From assembly GCF_001194135.2 (NCBI RefSeq), contig NC_068991.1, forward strand, positions 79,542,758 to 79,585,932: a stretch of 43,175 bases of DNA, given 5' to 3'. The first letter of the stretch is position 1. Every line of letters begins with the position of its first letter. This DNA is from Octopus bimaculoides. Lineage: Eukaryota. This document shows, in pieces, positions 37,291 to 43,175 of this stretch. Made by a program: the position numbers and the translations under genes. The notes under the pieces were generated by a model, which saw only the letters and a list, made by a program, of their open reading frames with translations, was not told the DNA's origin and did not search any database.

Positions 37291-39442
37291 CACACACACA
37301 GACACACACACACACACGCATATTGTGTGTGGTTGTGTTTAATTTCAGGTATTTATTCACTACTTTAACTAAAATATCAAACATAACGTTTATTATTGTG
37401 CACCATCACTGCATGTTTAAAATAAGTCGATCTTCTGCGATAGTTTTCCTATAGTGAAACAATATGCAAATTAATATATGAATGTCATTACATATATTTG
37501 TGTTTAAAAGATACAGCAATCACCTATGGAGCATCAACGTTGTACAAGAACAGTCGGTGGGTTTAATCTTCTGGATTACGAGAGAACTGCTGATTGGCAA
37601 ATACATATTCAACACGAGGCTAGTATCATTATTTCTTCGACGTGCTCATTTATTATATCTTCCATTTAATATATCTACGACAAGTCGGTCATGCTCTAAA
37701 CTAACAGTCTCTATGCCAACTATATCGAGCCCACCTCATTATACAATTCTTTACCTTTCAGCACCACTAACCAATAGTATCTCGTATTAAACTTTTTCTT
37801 TCACAGCTAAAATCCCTCTCTTTTCAAGCGCTTCTAACAAACATACAACTTCAACTTAACATTTATTGCAGTGACTACACCAGCTTTCAAACGTCTACAA
37901 ATGCCATAAGATTGTTTCTTTTTCTCTGACGAACCATAATTAATGGATGTTAAGTAAAGGAATAGCTTCAGAATCAATGATTGATATATGAATACAGTAT
38001 ATAGTATTTGATACAAAGAACATTAATGTTACATTATAATTAATTTTCAACAATGAATGTTTTATTGATGACAGAAAATTAAAATGAAAGCTCATTGAAG
38101 TCTTCACGGCCGTATGCCTCGTTAATGCTTTATTATCACTTCTAATAAATATATTTATTTGAGAAATGGACATCATCTGTGAGAAAATCAGAAATTGTTA
38201 CCGATTATTTTGTATTTAGAAACACGTACCCAAACCTGTCCAATTAAAGATCAAATCCATAAAAACTCATTCTAGAGATAAAATATTTCTTGCATCTCTC
38301 TACTAATCTGTAATAATATTTGGTATCATCACAGCGTGATGTAGCATGAAATATCGATTTTAAAGTTTGTTGTAAAGTTAAAAGCATTAAAGAGCGTATA
38401 AAACGAGAGTAATATACAAGTCAATAAATCGTGATTATCACTAAATGCCATAAAAATTCGATGAAATGAAAATAAATGAAAATATTGACAATGTTTAGTA
38501 TTTCACAGATATATGTTTGGTCTTTACTGCTCATCCACCTACACTGGGTCAGCGAATATGTTTACGAATGTGTGTCTGTTTACTGAGGTTATATGAATAC
38601 TCCATAGTATTTTCTTTAACTGCATTGAGATTATATACTTGTTCTGATTCATGGTTCAAGAGAAATACACAGATGGACTCCATAAAATTCTTGTGAATGC
38701 CATCAAGGAAGAGGGAAGTATATTGATAGTTTCACATTATGAAATGTCACGTTCATTGTAGGGTGAGATTTCCGGATAAGTCAATTAATGTGGCGATTAA
38801 AGATCTGTAGTATGGAAGTTACTGATCACTGGAAAAGTTGCTGAAGCGGAATTATAAAATAAAATATGATCGACATCTGATGCGTGGTTTTTCATTTCTT
38901 TCACTCTAACTTAATCTTTTAACTTTTATGAGGAAATTTGAGATATATTTCATCATCAAATACCATATANNNNNNNNNNNNNNNNNNNNNNNNNNNNNNN
39001 NNNNNNNNNNNNNNNNNNNNNNNNNNNNNNNNNNNNNNNNNNNNNNNNNNNNNNNNNNNNNNNNNNNNNNNNNNNNNNNNNNNNNNNNNNNNNNNNNNNN
39101 NNNNNNNNNNNNNNNNNNNNNNNNNNNNNNNNNNNNNNNNNNNNNNNNNNNNNNNNNNNNNNNNNNNNNNNNNNNNNNNNNNNNNNNNNNNNNNNNNNNN
39201 NNNNNNNNNNNNNNNNNNNNNNNNNNNNNNNNNNNNNNNNNNNNNNNNNNNNNNNNNNNNNNNNNNNNNNNNNNNNNNNNNNNNNNNNNNNNNNNNNNNN
39301 NNNNNNNNNNNNNNNNNNNNNNNNNNNNNNNNNNNNNNNNNNNNNNNNNNNNNNNNNNNNNNNNNNNNNNNNNNNNNNNNNNTATATATAGATATATATA
39401 TGTATATATATATATGTATATATACGTATGTATATATATATA

Positions 39443-39488
<46 letters not shown>

Positions 39489-40250
39489 TGTGTGTGTATA
39501 TATATATGTGTATATATGTATATATGTGTATATATATGTGTGTATTAGGGCATTGGTATATGTAACAGAGTGCCTAAATACCAATATTGAGAAATTAGGC
39601 TTCTAAAAAGCAGAAAGGAAAAAGCTGATTCGGAGACTACAGACCCAATCTATCACTGGAACTGTAAAAATCAGTAAAACGTACCAGAATTGTTTTAAGT
39701 ATATATGACCATGTCTAGACATGCAAGTTCGTGCATGAGAATATATACATAAAACAAAACATACAAATCTGCACATATACACACAAACATACAAAAATAC
39801 CCTGTTGTTGTTGTTGAAATTCCATTGAAGGAGCCTTGGATCCAGGTTAGAAACCGGCTCTTGAAATAAAACGGAATAATGACATTCGTACATACATGCA
39901 TACATACATACATACACACACTCATATTTTACGAATTGTAAATTTTAAATACAAATAAGTTTTTTGTAGACAGAAAAAGGGTGAATAGGAGATTATTACA
40001 TGAATATTTAAGATCGATTGAAATTATTTTAATACAAAATATATTTTATGCTTTTGTGCGTGTTTAGTTCAATTTAAGCAACACCAATAATAATTCAAAA
40101 CAAATAATACTTCCATTATTATTATCCCTCTACTTTCAGTCAATACTTTCCCTCACGCAGTAATTTGTATGTATATATATTAAAATATTTGTTTTAGTAT
40201 ATTTGACAATAATATAGATTGCAGCGGTAAGTAATTTGCTCAGCATATAC

Positions 40251-40572
40251 TATTGGGCTGTCTGGAAAGACCGTGCGATAGTTCTGTTTTTAAATGCATC
40301 GTAAAACACTTGTAAGGTTGGTACGACTAATCTGTTGGTATCATCTTGAGCGTTGTAACACAGGTTACGTCTCGCGTAAAAAGTGAGTATATATCTTATT
40401 TTTATCCGCCCTTATGAAGTTCAAAATTGGGAAAAGAAGAAATGTATTTTAGTCATATAGGGGAAAACAAAGCAGAAACATCTAAGACTGTTTTTGAGGC
40501 ATTCAGGGAATGTGTTGTAGCGTAAAAGATGCAACTCGCTCTGGAAGACTTTCAGAGTTAGGCAATGATCTC
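40251..40572 (+). mobile_element. Mariner transposon 5' remnant (TIR plus HTH region)
   Basis: TIR-like tattgggctgtctggaaagaccgtgcg; translation ..CSVKDATRSGRLSELGNDL matches the mariner F.L.D..RSGRP motif. Confidence 0.7.
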
Positions 40573-41737
40573 ATGACTTGAAAATTCACGCCCACACAAA
40601 AAGTGGCATTTGCAATTATACTGTTATCATGCTGCAGATGATATGGTTTATCTGAGACCAGACATAATCCAACAGCTACATCCGTGGACACTCATTAATA
40701 TTTCCGAATAATTATTAAACTGCATTATATATAGTATTCCTTTCTTAAAGTAGCTCGGTGTAACTGAAAGGATGCTTGGCAACCAGCAATTCTTAGCAAA
40801 CCGGTAGCCATTTCCTGAAGCACAATTTACTTCCTTGTTATATTTGTCTTGTTGATTAGCATGTCAGCCTTGTCAGCCTTGGTGGACCATACCTATAACC
40901 AAAGATGTTTAGGCTATAACTACCATCGAATCTTTTCGGATATCTGGGTTAACAATTTTAAATGTCCTCTTTTGAGATGTAGTCGAAGCGAGATTTGACC
41001 ACTATTATTTCTAGCAGTCAATTCTGTCAACAGTATAGAAGTACATGTTGTTTTACACTTATTACACATTTATTTTTTTTGGACTTTTTCTCGGGTCAAA
41101 CACTAGAGTTTAAAGTCATGGTCTGACGATGTGAATTTTTCCGAGTCCTCTCTCCAACTCCCGTTCGCGAGCGCACATTTTTTTCATATTCGTTTAGAGC
41201 AAGTTGTTTTACATCTATTACAGAATTGTTTCTTTTTTTTTTTGCTCGGGTCAAACCCTTTAGTCTGACCGATTTAAATAACTCAACGTATTATAAGTAC
41301 TTCTCTTTTAGTATCACACTAGCATTCACAATTCATAATTTTATCTTTCTAACAGCATACAAACGCATCTCATATTTTTATACTTCACTATCACAGACAC
41401 TTGAGCATGCCATCCTCTAAACACCTAAAGCCGCACAAACTGATAGCTTCTCAACTCATTCTACAAGCATCTTGCTTTCTATAACACCTTGCGTTAATTC
41501 TCCATCATTGCATAGACAACCAAATAATTACACCATCTTCTTCACACATTTCATTCCCTATTCACCATCAGGCAAACACATAAGTGTGCGTCATTTCAAC
41601 ACACACCCGTCGTACATACATAAACCTAGGTTCAAGGCACACTGCTTCACTAATTTCCACACAAGCCTGACACGTGCACTACGTTTATCGTATGTTCAAA
41701 GTTACCGGCTTAAAACGCCTTTACTGCATATATATTC

Positions 41738-41980
41738 AAGGCGACGGAAACGTTAGCACGTCGGGCGAAATGCTTAGCGGTAATTCGTCTCTTTTTACAT
41801 TCTCAGTCCAAATTCCGCGTATCATCCTTTCGGGGTCGATAGATTAATTACCAGTTGCGTACTTATCGACTGACTCTCTCCCCCAGTTGCGTACTGTGGT
41901 CTCCCAGTCAGTTGCGTACTGGGATAGATCTAATCGGCTGACTCCTCCCCCATAATTTCTTGCTTGGTGCCTAGACTGGA
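41738..41980 (+). mobile_element. SINE family A with internal triplication
   Basis: aaggcgacggaaacgttagcacgtcgggcgaaatgcttagcggtaattcg...catcctttcggggtcgata; cagttgcgtact occurs three times. Confidence 0.88.
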
Positions 41981-42072
41981 AAAAATTTCTTTATATATTC
42001 TTTCCCTTCTCAATTCTTCTACCGTCACTAAGGATTTCAGACGACATCGGCAATAACTGTCTTTTCTTCCAG

Positions 42073-42100
42073 CACACGGAAACACAGCTGACATTTTACT
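42073..42100 (+). CDS. Candidate 28-nt micro-exon (HTETQLTFY or (A)HGNTADIL)
   Basis: Acceptor gtcttttcttccag and donor gtgagt; no homology. Confidence 0.22.
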
Positions 42101-42291
42101 GTGAGTCTTTTATGCTTTTCTACGACTGGGCTGCGGATATGCCAAAACCTTGAAAAGTGTAATCAAACAAACTGACCCTGGTCATTTTTTTATTAAGTCA
42201 CAAGGGATACTTTTTGCCAAATCACTACGTTACTCACACGTAAATGAAACATCTGCGGCAGTCAAGTGGTGTGAAGACAAACAGAGAGATA

Positions 42292-42336
<45 letters not shown>

Positions 42337-43175
42337 CTGCATGTATACACACCTACTTGTGTATATATACGCATACGTATACACAACAGTCTTCCACATA
42401 TTTTCCGTATACCAAATTCATTTATATGGCATTGAACAAGGCAGGGCTAAAGTCGGAGAAATTGTCCCAAGTTGCCTAGAATTGCAACTGAATCCGAAAT
42501 CAAGTGATTGCCAGGAAAGCGTCTTAATAACCGCGTCATGGTCACCCCGTTGCTAGTAGAAATTTTCCACCTCACCACATCTATTTTATTTCTTCCTCTG
42601 ACTTACCCCACTCATCGTAACAAAATGCATTTAAAATAGGCAAAAAATACACTACAATATCAATTTGTTTTTATTATATAAAATAATATTTATTATGTGA
42701 TTCAATTAGCATATCTAACAGATTTTGTTACACTCATTACAGCCTTACGAATCAATGAAAATTTCGAATATATAATGATTCAAATATAATATAAACAGAA
42801 CTAGCATGTCTTCATGTAATCACACCTGTTTTCTCCCTGATTAATTAACAAATTTATCTTCGAGATTAATTTAATAAAATATTCTCAGAACAATTCAATG
42901 GTTAATTACATTTCTGTCAATTAATATGGGTCAATAATACTATATTCTTTAGTTATTCGCATTCATTTAGCCAACACATCAACACCATGCTGTAGGTTCA
43001 CAATCTCTGTAAGTTACACGCGCGCACACACGCACATACACACACATACATGGTGAAACACAGACGCATATATGCTCAAACTCACACACACACACGTCCC
43101 AAAATAGATATATATGCATATGTGTGTCTTTATACACACAGACACACACACACACACACACACATAATTATATAT

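Noticed and set aside
37482-37790. 102-aa plus-strand ORF
   Set aside because: No recognisable domain or convincing splice sites; cannot be supported without expression data
40218-40226. 9-nt micro-exon candidate (ag|ATTGCAGCG|gtaagt)
   Set aside because: Acceptor lacks a polypyrimidine tract and the site abuts a mariner TIR

Overview
This is AT-rich eukaryotic genomic DNA, full of microsatellites and gaps. The SINE families and (TA)n/(CA)n density look like coleoid cephalopod DNA, most likely Octopus; this is an inference from recalled repeat consensus, not a database hit. The window is mostly intron or intergenic sequence packed with decayed mobile elements: two tRNA-derived SINE families, Penelope-like (GIY-YIG) retroelement fragments, two mariner remnants, a Helitron (PIF1-type helicase) 3' end, a probable hAT remnant and a fold-back/MITE-like element. 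No prokaryotic features (operons, CRISPR) are present and no host gene could be named. A GC-richer promoter-like island at ~32.4-32.7 kb (YY1-type AAGATGGCGG, CCAAT box, ATG followed by a splice donor on the minus strand) and a 151-codon splice-acceptor-flanked ORF at 704-249 suggest an unidentified minus-strand gene, but its exon chain is speculative. The most distinctive signal is an essentially intact minimal type I hammerhead ribozyme at 14003-14050, with decayed relatives at ~2850, ~5200 and ~29200, all associated with Penelope-like sequence. Closely spaced inverted SINE pairs could form dsRNA (ADAR substrates). I did not find a clearly novel multi-gene system.
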